Assembly: GCA_038496445.1 (NCBI GenBank)
Contig: JALMLS010000253.1
Span: forward strand, 62,001-126,000
Length of the DNA stretch: 64,000 nt
Direction of reading: 5' to 3'
DNA from: Trichosphaerium sp. ATCC 40318
Lineage: Eukaryota > Protista > Tubulinea
The stretch's first letter is position 1. Each line of letters begins with the position of its first letter. The notes beneath the pieces were generated by a model. The model made no database searches. It was not told the DNA's origin and saw only the letters and a list, made by a program, of their open reading frames with translations. Shown piece after piece: positions 12,401-24,679 of the stretch. The translations under genes were made by a program, and so were the position numbers.

Positions 12401-15400
12401 CACCATAATCAATTAGACTACAAATACGCTCATCCGCATTCCATTTATCCAGAATTAAAAATTCAGTAAAAATATCATGTAGTACACAACGATCATGAAT
12501 TTTTTTAGGAACCTGGAGTAACATCAAAAAAGAGAAGAAGAACAGTTTGTTGTTTGTTACAAATAAGAAAAAAACAAGAAAAAAAACCACCACGTACTTC
12601 CATTCGCTTTACAGCGACTTCTTGGCCCAAATACTTACAACTATATACTATTCCAAAAGCACCTATATTATGTTATATAAATAAGATATACTCACGGATG
12701 AAAGTAAAAAGAGCATACCCTCCGCAATCTTTTCCAAATTAGTAAAATTTCTTGCACTGAAAAACTGCGTTGAGAGAAGCTTGAGGAGTAGGAAAGCAGA
12801 TGCACTGTTTTTCATCTTCATTATTTTACTCAACAAAGCCCCAACAACATTTCTATTACCAACATGGTTGAGATCAAGGCGAGTCAAAGTCAAACAACAG
12901 TAAACAAGAACAAAAAAAAGGTTTGAAAAAGCAAAATAGTCAATAGGATACGAAGATGAAGCAAGTAAGGAATATTAATGTGTAAGCCATCTCTGACCAT
13001 AGGATATTGATCGGCATATAGTGGCTCCAATGCAAATCCGCTATTAAAATACTTAGATTCCATACACAAAACGAGCAAAAAACAACTTACTTTGGCGATA
13101 GTAAAAGAGCAAAGATTAGCTGTAACAAACTTGTATGAAGCTTGACATCGCCGTATAATTTTCTAGTCCAAGTTTCTCTATTGTACATATGTTTTTCCAT
13201 CTCTTCAATACTCTGAATCGCACTTTCTTGCTACAAAAAAGTCACGTTTTTTCGTTCCGCCGAAAAAAAAGAGCGTACTGTTTGCTTGCTTGTGTTACTA
13301 GCTGGTACTTCTTTATCTTTCGTAGAACTAGTAGTCAAATTCAACTTGAACTTCATTCCATTTCCTCCTTCAGATGCTGTAGTACCAGTTGCAGAACCCT
13401 TTTGTAAACTATGTTAGAAATCTACAAATCCGCAGCCAATTTGGACGTACAGTTGACCCGCTCATTGGAAGAGAAAGATCAAAGTTAATTTTCTTCGATT
13501 CAGTAGCATTGCCACTCAAGGAAAGGTTTAATCCTGGTAAACCAATACCATTTGTCTTTTTAGGGCTGCAAAGAGATCCAGAAGAGCTACAAGAATCCAA
13601 AGTTAGTACCGATAGTTTTTTCCTGTAATTAGCCAAGACAGGTACCTAAAACTTGAAGAGTATGTGTCATCAGTAGAGTAATCGCCACTAGAGGATAACT
13701 AAAAGGAGGTTTAACGAGAAATCAAGGGTATACGAGGAAGTAAAAATAAAAAAAGAAGCTCGTACATCATTATCTTCCTCATCGGTTGCAACGTTCTCTG
13801 ATTCTGTGGCGGATCTAGCTGTTGCTTCACTAGGATCACTGCTAGCAGAACTCGTAGGACTCGTATTACCACTAGAAGTGGGGCTAGAATCGCTACGTGT
13901 AGTACTCATTGAAGATGAAGGCGAGTCCACTATTTCATAGTAAATAATCATAACGTAAGGAAAGGTGTAACTTACTGTTAATTTCAGTGGATTTCTTAAC
14001 AAAAGGTAGAGGTTTCGCTCCTTTCTTAGGTAACCCTCCAAAGTTTAGAACTGGTAAACTAGGCCTAGAACCATCACTTGTAGGGGTAGAGCTGTTACTT
14101 TTGGTGGACACAAGCTATGAACAGATTAGTATGAAAGGGCTTTTTTACTGAAAACGTACAACTTTGTTTTGATTCTGTAAGTGTTGTTGTCGTATCCTTT
14201 CTTCTTGTTCTTCCTCTCTACGTTTTTGTGCTAATTCAGCATGAACACGCTGACTCTTAACACGGACTTCATACTCAAGGTTGATTTCCCTTAACAACAT
14301 TGTAAGTCGAAATAAAACAAAATTCCTTTTGTACCTTGCTAAGAAGTCCATTGCTCGGAGCTGATAGAACTTCATCTGTACGTTAGGGTCCTTCTGTGCA
14401 GCAAAGACAATGAGGATCTTAAGATGCTGTCTACACAACTCTAACGTTTCCTTATCAAGAGCATAATTATTGTAAAGTTTTATAAACTTCAAATACGAGT
14501 GGCCAATATAATAGTCAATATACATTGACCACGAAGTATCTTTTTGGACAAAAGAACGTCTTATAGAGAGCGCTTTATGTATTAAACGAAGCATCTCAGA
14601 CTTGAGTGAAAGATTCAAAGGTAGATCAGCAGCTATGAAGTCAAAGTTAGTCATGGAAAAAATTATGAAAACCACAATTTACCTTTCTTAGAAAGAAACA
14701 ATGGTACAATGCCAGGTTGACTTGGATGTATCAAAAAATCAAACTTATTGATTGGATCCATCAACGATTGATTATACATATCAGTACCCTCGTCAATATG
14801 AGGATTCTTTACCATAGCCAACAAACCCTTTAAAACAAACATCAGCAAGGTTAAAAAAAAGGAGAAAAAGTGAGCTTCACTCTGCACTCTACCTTCGTTT
14901 TAATCATTGCTAACAATCCCTACGACATTCAAATAAGCAAATAATCACAGTACTAAAAGAACTATCTAATGACATACTCTATAATACTTGATTGCATGAA
15001 CTCGATACTCAACCAACTCCTCTTCCTTGTTGGCACTGCAAAGATTTAGTAAACAAAAAGGATAAAATTATTTTGTATTTCAAACGAATAGACGTACGCC
15101 TTCATTCTGCTCTCGAACTTGTGATCAAAAAGCATAATTGTATACTCTCTAACAAAGTCGAAACCTTCATTCTTATGAACCAAGATAGCAAGCAATAAAT
15201 CATTCAAAGGTAAGAACTTATTCTTAGATCCAAGTTCTGCAAATACGCGTAATAATTGCTGTATGAGTTTAATGTACTGCAAAGAAGGCTTTTCATTAAT
15301 AATCCGATTAATAACAAACATTGTTTCCTAAACCAAGTAAGAATACAACAACAAAACAAAAACTTAAACTCTTGGAAAGAAAGAAAAAGAAGCAAAAAAA

Positions 15401-18400
15401 AAGACAACTGTCTTTGTTACTAACCTTGATTTTTAACAAGTTTGCCAAACAAACATCAGCCACTTGGTTAGGCATTACCCTAAAACAGAAAGTCAATACA
15501 AGGGCAATCCCGCAGGAAACTATCAGTTAAAGAAGAGATGTACCTTGTATTACAGTAGTGCATATAATCTGCGAGCATTGACAAACTAGTTGCAACGCTA
15601 GAGAAGTTGGATGCAGCTAGAGTCCATTCTATCCGTTTGTTTATACGCCAAATGAACTTATCTAGTTTCATTCTAAAATTGCGCTTACGATCAGCTGACA
15701 TAGTCTACAAAATAGGTTAGAAACATCAACTGCAAGTCGGTGTTTAAAAAAAATAAGACAAAAAAGCTGGTATACATACATCTGTCATATCAGCCCAACG
15801 CCTAGTATGTGCAATCTCAATCTCATCCGCATGACGCCTCAGTACAGCATATATCTTTTCTCGTGCCTCACGATCATCTTTTAGAGGATCATGCTTATGG
15901 GACGCCAACAACTTTAAAAGAAAGAAAGTTAGCCATGTGACAGTACTTTTTGTTAAATGGTTCATAGCTTACCTCAAGGAATAATAAATTAACAGGTACT
16001 GGATTATGATCTACAAATGACTTTTGTTTGCTTAAAGTAACCATAACTTCAAGTATATTCTGTTTAACAACATAAAACGGATTCTTTCTAAAATTAGCTA
16101 TTTCGCTGCCAAGCTTAGACCTCTCTTCCTCTTCGTCACTCTTTTTGTTTTCCCTTATATTCCTAAACATACTTTCAATAACGTAGAGTAAAGACATCAA
16201 AAAAAAACGAACATAATCAGCAAAAAAACGAGTCCTTTGGAAGCAAGAAATTTAACAAATTTGGTTTGATGTTTAGTTTGTAGCAAAAAAATAACTGTAC
16301 CTTGTCTCACGCTTATAACAAAGCAAAGCAGATAAATCAGCAGCCATATATGTTTCACCCAAGTTTCTAGCAAGCTGTCTAAACTCTTCCTTCACAGGAC
16401 GTAACCTGTTAAACACCTCACGATTAGCAAAAGAATAAGAATAAAAAGTCAAAAAAAAAAATATCAAAAAACGTGTAACATTCACGTACTTTCGGCCAGG
16501 AGTGGAGGTAGCAGGTCTCTATAAAATAAACATATCAAAAACAAGTTTCTAAATAACAAAAGGAAGTAAAGAAGCAGAAAACCATACGTTAGAAGCAACA
16601 CCTGGACCAGGAGAAAAATAAGTTTTTTCGCTTTCTACACCACCAGCTGTATTTGGATGTGGCGGTAAATTAAGCTTTGGTACAGCAGGTAATGGCTTTG
16701 ATATACCCTCTTTTATAGGTTTAGGAGATGAAGTAGTTGTTATAGATTGTTGTTGGTGTTTTGTCTTTGCAACAGTTCTCTTAAGGTTTTGTAACTCTTC
16801 AGCAATACTCTTAGAGAAATCCGAGCTCGCAGATGATTCGCCTAAGTCACTAGAGCCTAACAACCGGTTATCAATACTAAACCTTTCTTAACAAGTGAAC
16901 TACGTACGTTTCTTTGTCTTAGCCTTTGGAGGTAGTGGTGGAGGCTTAAGGTTTAGGTTAGTAATGAGCCAAACATTGTTCATGTACCTTTGATTTGGAG
17001 ACAGATTTTCTCCTCTCACTTCGCCTCTTAGTTCGACGATCACTACGTCTCTTCTCGCTCCTGCGTTTCTCTTTCCATCCAAAATCAGAGGCTATTGATG
17101 GCTTGTCTTTTCTAACAATACCAATCGGTTGAGGCATCTTTAAGCCAAGTTTCTGTGATGTAAGTTCAAAAAGCTCCAACAATTTCGAAACACCTGGCTT
17201 CTCTTCAATCCAAACCCTTTTAAAACACGTGTTAACTAACTTTCACTAATATCACTAGCAATATTATTACCTCATAAGTTCTGGAACCGTTATTAATTGG
17301 CACAGAGCAGTTGTTAATGATTCTAGACTGGCTCCAGACAATGACTTTACGTATTTCCAATACTCATCATGGAAATACTTACTTGCAGTAGTATCACCTT
17401 CAATTGCACACCTAGACGACACATCATAGTTAGCTAAATGCCGCAACACATACAACAATAATCTTATCAAACAACGTACCAAATAATTACAATAGCTTTA
17501 GAATGATACTCTTCAGTAGGTGGGCAGAATTCAATGAGTGTGAACATAGTTTTGAATAAATCCTGTCTCATCCACTCCATCTTCTCCTCAGACATATTTA
17601 CTCTATTTGATTTTGCAGGACCATGCAATTGCCTTTAAACAAAACACAGTTAATAAAGTTTAAGAACAAATTTAAGCTAGAAAGTTACATACATCAATGA
17701 AGTATGAATAGAATTTAATGCAAGACTGACATCTTCATCCCAAGATACCTCCTAAAACAACCATTATTACACAACGGTGCTTCAAGCTCAAGAAAGAAAA
17801 AAAATTATAAAGAAATGAAATTACTCCGTACGTGTCTATGCTGAGATCTTACGGAAAGTAACACAGTGGTAAGTAGAGTGCCCTTATCCTCTTTGAAAAA
17901 AAAAGTTAATACCAATAACAGTTCTTTCAATTGAAATAAACGTACTTTTACCACTAGTTTTAACACCACGCAATATCTACAAAGCCAGTTAGCACCAATA
18001 CAAGAATTCCTTTCAAAAAAAAAAGTGTGACCAGAAAACTACTCACGTATTGACTGCTTGCTCTTATCATCTCTCCTTTAAATAGCTCATCTGGGTTATA
18101 CCCAAGAGCACCACGAACAAGGAAAGAATCTTCTACATTGATATTCAAGAACTCTAGACGCAAAAAACGTTAAAAATGACGGTTTTTTTTTTCTTTGTTT
18201 TTTTGTACCAAGTAATACATCATTAAACGTCTCAACATGAACAATACCTTTTGTTTTAATGCAAAAGAATATTAAATCTCTAAAATTAAGACTAACAGTT
18301 ATAGACTTTAACTGCTTTTTACCGACTTTACTGTGCTTCGTAATAATAAAGCTATGGCCGTTCAAAAACACCACATATTCTCGTAGCTTTAACTCTGCAG

Positions 18401-19145
18401 AAAGCTGTGATTTATGGCTTTGTTCAAGTTCCTCCTCTAGACAAAAATAAAAACAAGCCTGGATGCTGCTAATACGACGTATATGTAGTCTCTGTAGCGA
18501 ATAAAAGCGAAAAAGGTGATTATTAAGGCGTTTTGTTCTTTTTACGTACCAATGTAATTTTTGTTTGCAACCACTTGTCTAAGAAACGTAGAGAACTTTA
18601 TCATGAACTCATTTAAGCGACGCAAAGCCTTTAAAATCTTCTCATCAACTTTGCACTTTATGACACCGTCTTTTTTTCTAGCACGAAGTTCTATTGCGTC
18701 TAGATGTTGGTGCCATGTTTTCTTTTCGCATCGGTACGATAACACCAACCTAATATTGAAATTTGAACCGACAAGCTTTAGTTGTTTTTGAAACTTTTTT
18801 TTTTCCGTTTCTTTGTAAGCAATGGTGTTGTAGCGCTCAAGAGAGGGTTTTATTGAAATTGGTTATTAGGCGTACGGTTTTGATTTTCCATGTTTTAAAG
18901 CGTCTGAATGCAATCTAAGGAAACAAGACGCTGGAGCAGACCCGACTAGGGCCAATTCTATTTTAAATATTACAAATCACTTCTTTTTTTATCTTATTGA
19001 AGGTACCTGCTTCTTTATCGCTTATAAACAAAATACCAGGTATATTGGGGTCATATTTTATAGGCTTGTCAGAGCTAAGGACCAGACGAACTCTAGTAGC
19101 GCCAGCTATCGTAAGCGTAGGCGATTGGTCGAATGAAAGTGCCAT
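9451..19145 (-). CDS. Large Ser/Thr kinase with C-terminal dual-specificity-phosphatase-like domain and Cys-rich tail
   Basis: Kinase motifs: IAEGAFGIVY, VAVK, HYDIKLDN, DFG, SPE and DVWSIGCLFYELLTG. DSP fold: LYIGS, GITHIVNAS, KVLVVCSDGMSFSSALVVSFLM. Cys-rich C-terminus: CLC, CAC, CPCVSC, CRRC. Long helical N-terminal region across many exons. The first exons (from 19145) join in frame. Confidence 0.8.
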
Positions 19146-19225
19146 TCACCCCGCTGGCATTTAGGTATTTCCAAAAAACTGTTTTTTTTTGAAAACAAAG
19201 TCGACACAAGTCATAAAGCAGTAGG

Positions 19226-20703
19226 ATGGCAACTGAGGCGACTGACGCGCCAAAAGAGAAAGCGCCACCGTCACGGCCTAACTATGAACTGATGCAGCAG
19301 TTTGAGCACCCAGATTTTGTTACTACGGTGGCATTTAGCGGTATGCATACCAACACGATTGTAACTGGTTGTACGTGTTTTCAACATTCTATTTTATTTT
19401 TTGAGCGCGAGACTATCACCATTGGTGATGTTTACTCAAATAGCTTAGGCCAGGATGGTAATGTCAGGATTTTTAAAGAGACAGAAGAAACAGACAAGTG
19501 GGCGCAATACAAAATGGTCGAGACGTGCCACAAAACCGTACAAACCATTTATTTAATAATACAAGACACGTAACGCTATCTAAACAGGGTATTAATTACA
19601 TATCATGGCCAAGAGGGGTAGAGTACTTTGGAACGTGTGGTGATACCAAGGTAGGTATTAATCTGCTGCCTGGAAGAAAAAAAAAGCCGTTAAAAGAGTC
19701 AAAGTGCTAACGTTTTACTAAAAGGCCGCCGTGTGGGACAAGGAAGGTAATAAGATTTGCGAAACAACACCACATCCAAAGATGGTCATGAGTATTGCCT
19801 TCTGTACAGCCCTTGAAGTATTTTATACAAGTTGCTTTGATGGGAAGGTGAGAGAATGGTTCGTTATTTTAGACATAAAATTCCTTTGTCAAGAAATTAA
19901 ATTTATTTTTTTAGGAGCTCCTCAGGAGAACTAAGACACACTTTTGAAGACCACAAACACGCTGCCATATTCTGTAGTTGCAATCATAAAGGTGACCAGC
20001 TCGCCACATCTGGATTCGACGGCAAATGCTTCATTTACGATACTCCATCTCGCAAGCTTCTGGTAACAGTAGACGGCACCCCAGATGATCCTGTGTACGG
20101 TTTATTTCTTGCTACATACTTCACATCATGATCGTAGGCAAAGTATCCTTATTTAACTGATACGTGCGTAGGTGCTTCTCACAGTTTAGTGCCAATGGCA
20201 AATTCCTTCTTGTTGGTTATATGGGAACAAATACTGTTAAATTGGTTCAAGTATCAACAGGGATAACAAAACGCGTTTATTCTGCTAATTTTAATGAGTA
20301 TGCATCTGTTGGTGAGCTTAATGGAAGCTTATTGTTCTTTGGATCACATGACGGGACTTTAAATACAGTTATTGTTTCGGCACAAGATAAGCTACAGAAA
20401 CTAAAACATCATAGTGGTTAGTTAATAATTCCTCCTTTCCAGTATGATGAATTCTTTTTATTCTTATGTATTGTTTAGCTCCTATACTACAAGCAACTTG
20501 TAAGAAAGGTGCTCTTTGGGTTGCTGATGGTACGTTATTTGTAAAGTTTAAACAAATCAAGTATTTACCTCTTTTTTTTTTGAAATTTCGAAAAACTTTT
20601 GTTTGATCATCCTGATTACTTAAGACGTCTTGGTTTAATTTAAATTAATAAAGATCCCTTAGGTTCTATGGATAAATTTTGTAACTTGTACAAGAAGAAC
20701 TAA
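19226..20703 (+). CDS. WD40-repeat protein
   Basis: Repeats HPDFVTTVAFS..GQDGNVRIF, HPKMVMSIAF..FDGKVREW, HKHAAIFCS..SGFDGKCFIYD and ..GSMDKFCNLY*. Confidence 0.85.
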
Positions 20704-20978
20704 ACATGTATGACTTTTGAGCACTTGTTTTGCGATGATTTGCTCAAAACAAAACATAAATGTATAAATCAATTTCTGGATACCTTGTGGGAAGTTTTTT
20801 TTTGCGCAATGTGGCAAGTGTACTGGAAAGCTATATCAAAGGTTTTTGTTGAAATGCTGTCTGTGCAATGTTCTTTGTTTGGCATTTTTCAAAACCTCAT
20901 CTCTTCTCACGTCTATGTATCACCTGTCAAAGTGTCACATTTTTCTTCTTATTTCTACAAATCCTTACATTTTTGAAG

Positions 20979-22627
20979 ATGGAAGCACCTCAAGAAGGCG
21001 AAGAACTTTATGGCGAGCATCATTTAATGCGTACGCATACTGTTCGGGTACCTAATAATCTCTCCAACAACGTTTAGAGCATTTAGCTTCGCACATGCCA
21101 GAACACATTAAAAAATTATCAAAGGTATCTCTCGATAACCCATGCGTGGATATTAGTTGTTTGACAGCGTACTAAGGAAAAACAAATTGAATGGCTGGAA
21201 TTGCAGCTTAATAGCTTCAGAAAACACCAAGAGGCCGAAGAGGAGGCAAAGGCAGTACTAAAGGCGTACAGAAAACGCGTTAAAGAAGAGTATAAACATA
21301 AACACCCACATTTGCTACAACTGGACGGATGGAAGTTTACTACGTCGTTCATTGACGCTATGAATGGTTCAGACGATCAAAAAATGCGTATAATGGACGA
21401 AGTAAACAAGGGTATAGCAAGAATACATCACTATACGCGTACTTATACTCGTTAGAGCTTTACTCAATTGATATGCTTCAACAAAAAACTTGTGTTGAAA
21501 TTCTTGAAGAAATAGAGCATTTTGAGGCTTGGTGCGATAAAGTAAGGCACTACATTCAAGGTTGAATGTCAACCGACAATTTCTTGGGCGTTGAGTTCTT
21601 TTCACAAAAAATCGTTGCCTTTTCCTGTTTTGACGTGAAAGTCAGTGTTGCTGATGATGGCCCTAGAATGGCTTGTGTGTACATAGACCCAATTCTATGA
21701 ATAACTATGGAGCTATCCTGGATGATTTTGGGTTTACAGATGTACTGTCGGCTCTGATGAAGACTTATATTAATCCTCTTTCTCGTTTGAAATGGGGATA
21801 CATTGGTAAGCTTTTGTAATGTTGTCATGCTGTCATTGTTGTCAGTTGACTAAATGTTATGTAAAGGTGATACACTAGATGAACATCACGGGTTTATTGT
21901 TGAGTATAAGATAGGAAAAGACACAGATCTAGGTGAGACAACAACGATGATTTTTTGATTTTTTTTTTGGTAATGTTGACGGTTTTTTTGTTAAGGTTTT
22001 CATGTTGATGATAGTGATGTTACTTTAAATCTTTGCCTTGGCAAGAATTTTACTGGTGGTGATTTATACTTTGGTGGTGTACGGTAAGACAAGTCTTTAA
22101 GGGTTTTTGTGAATAGCTAATAAGAGTTTGTTTTAAAGGTGTAATCATCATCAACAGACTGCTCCTAAACAAAATGAAAATATCACATTTGCACATAAGA
22201 AAGGCTTTGGATTACTACATCTAGGCAAACACAGACATGCCGCTGGTCATATAAACGATGGTACGCTTGAGCTTGCGTGAAAGAAACCCGAAAGTCCACA
22301 TTGTTGCCGCTTGTCTAAAGTTGTGGCTTCTTCACGGATACCCGAGATTAAAGCCAATAGGCGTGGCTTTAATCCATACCTTAGCGCTGCCATGGTTGCT
22401 GTTAGGATATCGGAAGTGTTCGAACCCTAACTTCAAATTTACTCTTTTTACAAATTTCTTGTCAGAATTTTTTCCTCAGCTTTTGATTGACGGTGTTTTA
22501 TTTTAAAGGTGAACGGTTTAATTTAATTCTTTGGTGCAGATCTACTAAATTCAGAGAAAAATTATCACAGCTTCTTAGTTGTCCTTCATGGTGTGGTGAA
22601 CATGTTAAAGAAAAAACAAAAAAATAA
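20979..22627 (+). CDS. 2OG-Fe(II) dioxygenase, OGFOD2/ICU11-like
   Basis: RPNSMNNYG, HHGFIVEY, GFHVDDSDVTLNLCLG (HxD), GGDLYF, HLGKHRHAA (distal His) and GERFNLILWCRS. Confidence 0.9.
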
Positions 22628-22657
22628 AAGTTTAGATGTAAAAGGAGGTATAAAATT

Positions 22658-22765
22658 TTATTTTATATTATTGAAGTGAGAACAAGTGATTGACGTAGAT
22701 GCAGAGGAACGCTTAGTACAAAAGGGATTTGGGCAAGGAGTCACAGGGCCAGAAGGAGTCAAGGG
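22658..22765 (-). pseudogene. Relic or alternative 3' segment of the GPI surface gene family
   Basis: Translates as PLTPSGPVTPCPNPFCTKRSSASTSITCSHFNNIK*, which matches PSPTPSSTKRSSASKKRASITFSH of the 38365-39344 gene. It is preceded in frame by TAG, which is also a possible splice acceptor. Confidence 0.5.
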
Positions 22766-23038
22766 CTAGCTAACGGAACTTATGGGAAATGTGAACTACT
22801 GTAACAACGAGCTTGCCTACAAGGTTTTTTATCACGTGTTTTTCGTCGTGTTTATGACAACACATTGGAATAAAATGACACACAGAAATCAACATAAAAC
22901 ACAACAAACTTATTACCATCACAAAGCATTTATTTTGGATCACCAGCACCATGTTTTATTCAAAGGGGGAATAAAAATAGTGTACATTGTAATAGTCTCG
23001 GTATTAACCGCTACCAAGTACGCGTCACTGCTCACTTG

Positions 23039-23966
23039 TTACCATGTTAACAACTTGTACAACAGAGGAACAATAGCGTATAACAAAGTGTGAGAGTACC
23101 TTTGCTTCGCAGCACTTCTTTGAGACGCTGTACGCTTTACAGAAGATGAAGTTGGTTCAGTACACACAAGACTCTGTGATATTCCCACTTTACCGCTTAC
23201 AGAACAGCCACTTTCCTGAATATTAGACCTGAATAATCTATTAGAACATCCTGAGCCATAGTATTTCGTCTGGGCCAAATAACCCTAATGTAGTAGTTTA
23301 GTTAAAAGGTACATTGTTGCCCTGGCGTACATCAATGCACCTCATAGTAAATGAGTTTCCCTCAACATCACTGACGCATTCTCCACTTGTATAGTTATTT
23401 GAGTATGCAGACTGACCACTGCAGTCAGTGTTTAAGTATCCCAAAGAAGATATCGACAACGGTGGAGGTGGTGACTATCGTAGAAGTTTGTACTTAATTG
23501 TTGTTTTATGCTACGTACTGGGTTGGTAGTGCATTTAATTTTGTACGAGAATGGTGGAGCTACATAGCACCGCGAATCTGCAGATAGCTCACTCTCTTGG
23601 TGGAAATCTTTGCAGTCATCCTTGTACGAACGGTAGATGAGCTAAACATAAAATTAAGTTAATGGTTAATAGCTAGCTCTTCGTACAGTAGAATTGTTTG
23701 GGCAGTCAGTGTATTGGATTCCGGTACGATTTACACCAGTAGGCAGAATAGTAATTTCCTCATAACACGTGTTGAAACTACGCTCGACCGTTTTGAAAGG
23801 TGTGCCAGAACAGAGAATGTTTGAATAAACCTAGCAAGTGATCAGAATGAAGTAGGTTGTCTTCAAGCCACAAACGTGCCTCCATACTGATTTGAGATGC
23901 AACACTGTTTACGAACAGAAAGACAAGAATAGCAATACAATGCGTTTTGAAAGAATAGTGGTCCAT
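23039..23966 (-). CDS. Cys-rich secreted, probably GPI-anchored surface protein (paralog A)
   Basis: Signal peptide MDHYSFKTHCIAILVFLFVNSVAS, several Cys-rich exons, a Ser/Thr linker and the hydrophobic C-terminus HTLLYAIVPLLYKLLTW*. Confidence 0.75.
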
Positions 23967-24173
23967 GTCACTGGAATTCTTAACTATGATTCAAGCGATA
24001 GACATACCTTAAACTCATAGTGTTACATAGTGAGATGATAAACTTCATAAACTATTGAGCACGCGACAATTTCGTTACAGTATTCTCGTGTAATGAATTT
24101 AAACGTGAACTACCAACTATTTGCTTGTTTAACAATATCGGGTATGCCTGCTCTTCATTCCTTGAATACACAT
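23875..24173. repeat. Inverted repeat copy 1 (promoter plus signal-peptide exon); partner at about 38158-38456
   Basis: Near-identical reverse complement over about 300 bp, e.g. GATAAACTTCATAAACTATTGAGCACGCGACAATTTCGTTACAGTATTCTCGTG versus CACGAGAATACTGTAACGAAATTGTCGCGTGCTCAATAGTTTATGAAGTTTATC. Confidence 0.9.
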
Positions 24174-24679
24174 AAAGCCTTGAGTCAAACGACTGGCAAC
24201 TGATGCATTGAAATCCTATTATTACGCGAACAACAACACCAAATTACAACAAAATCTGAAAAAGATGTTCTTTAGATTGTATAGCACGTGCAGTGTGCAA
24301 ATTTTCACATGGACTGTTGCAATATCTGGGGTTTTGGGCTTTGACACGCGACTTCTCGAACAAAACAAGTATCACTGACAGCCCTTAGACCATTGCTGAT
24401 ACGCCTAATCTACTGTAGCCACTATACTATTCGTGTCACATGTTATCCTATTGCACTCCTTGAACCAGACAAGACACTGCTAACCAAGAATCAAAATTGA
24501 GATAGTAAGCTCTCAAAAATCTTTGTTTATGTCATAATGTTTGTGCTCGAAAATACAAAATCAAGTTGAATTAAAGTAGTGTAGTAATGATGTTCGAAGT
24601 TATTTCCGAAGGTTTTTTTGAAAGCAGAAAATGCGTAAATTGCAATGAAATCTCGCTGATTTTTCAAGTTCCACAATGA

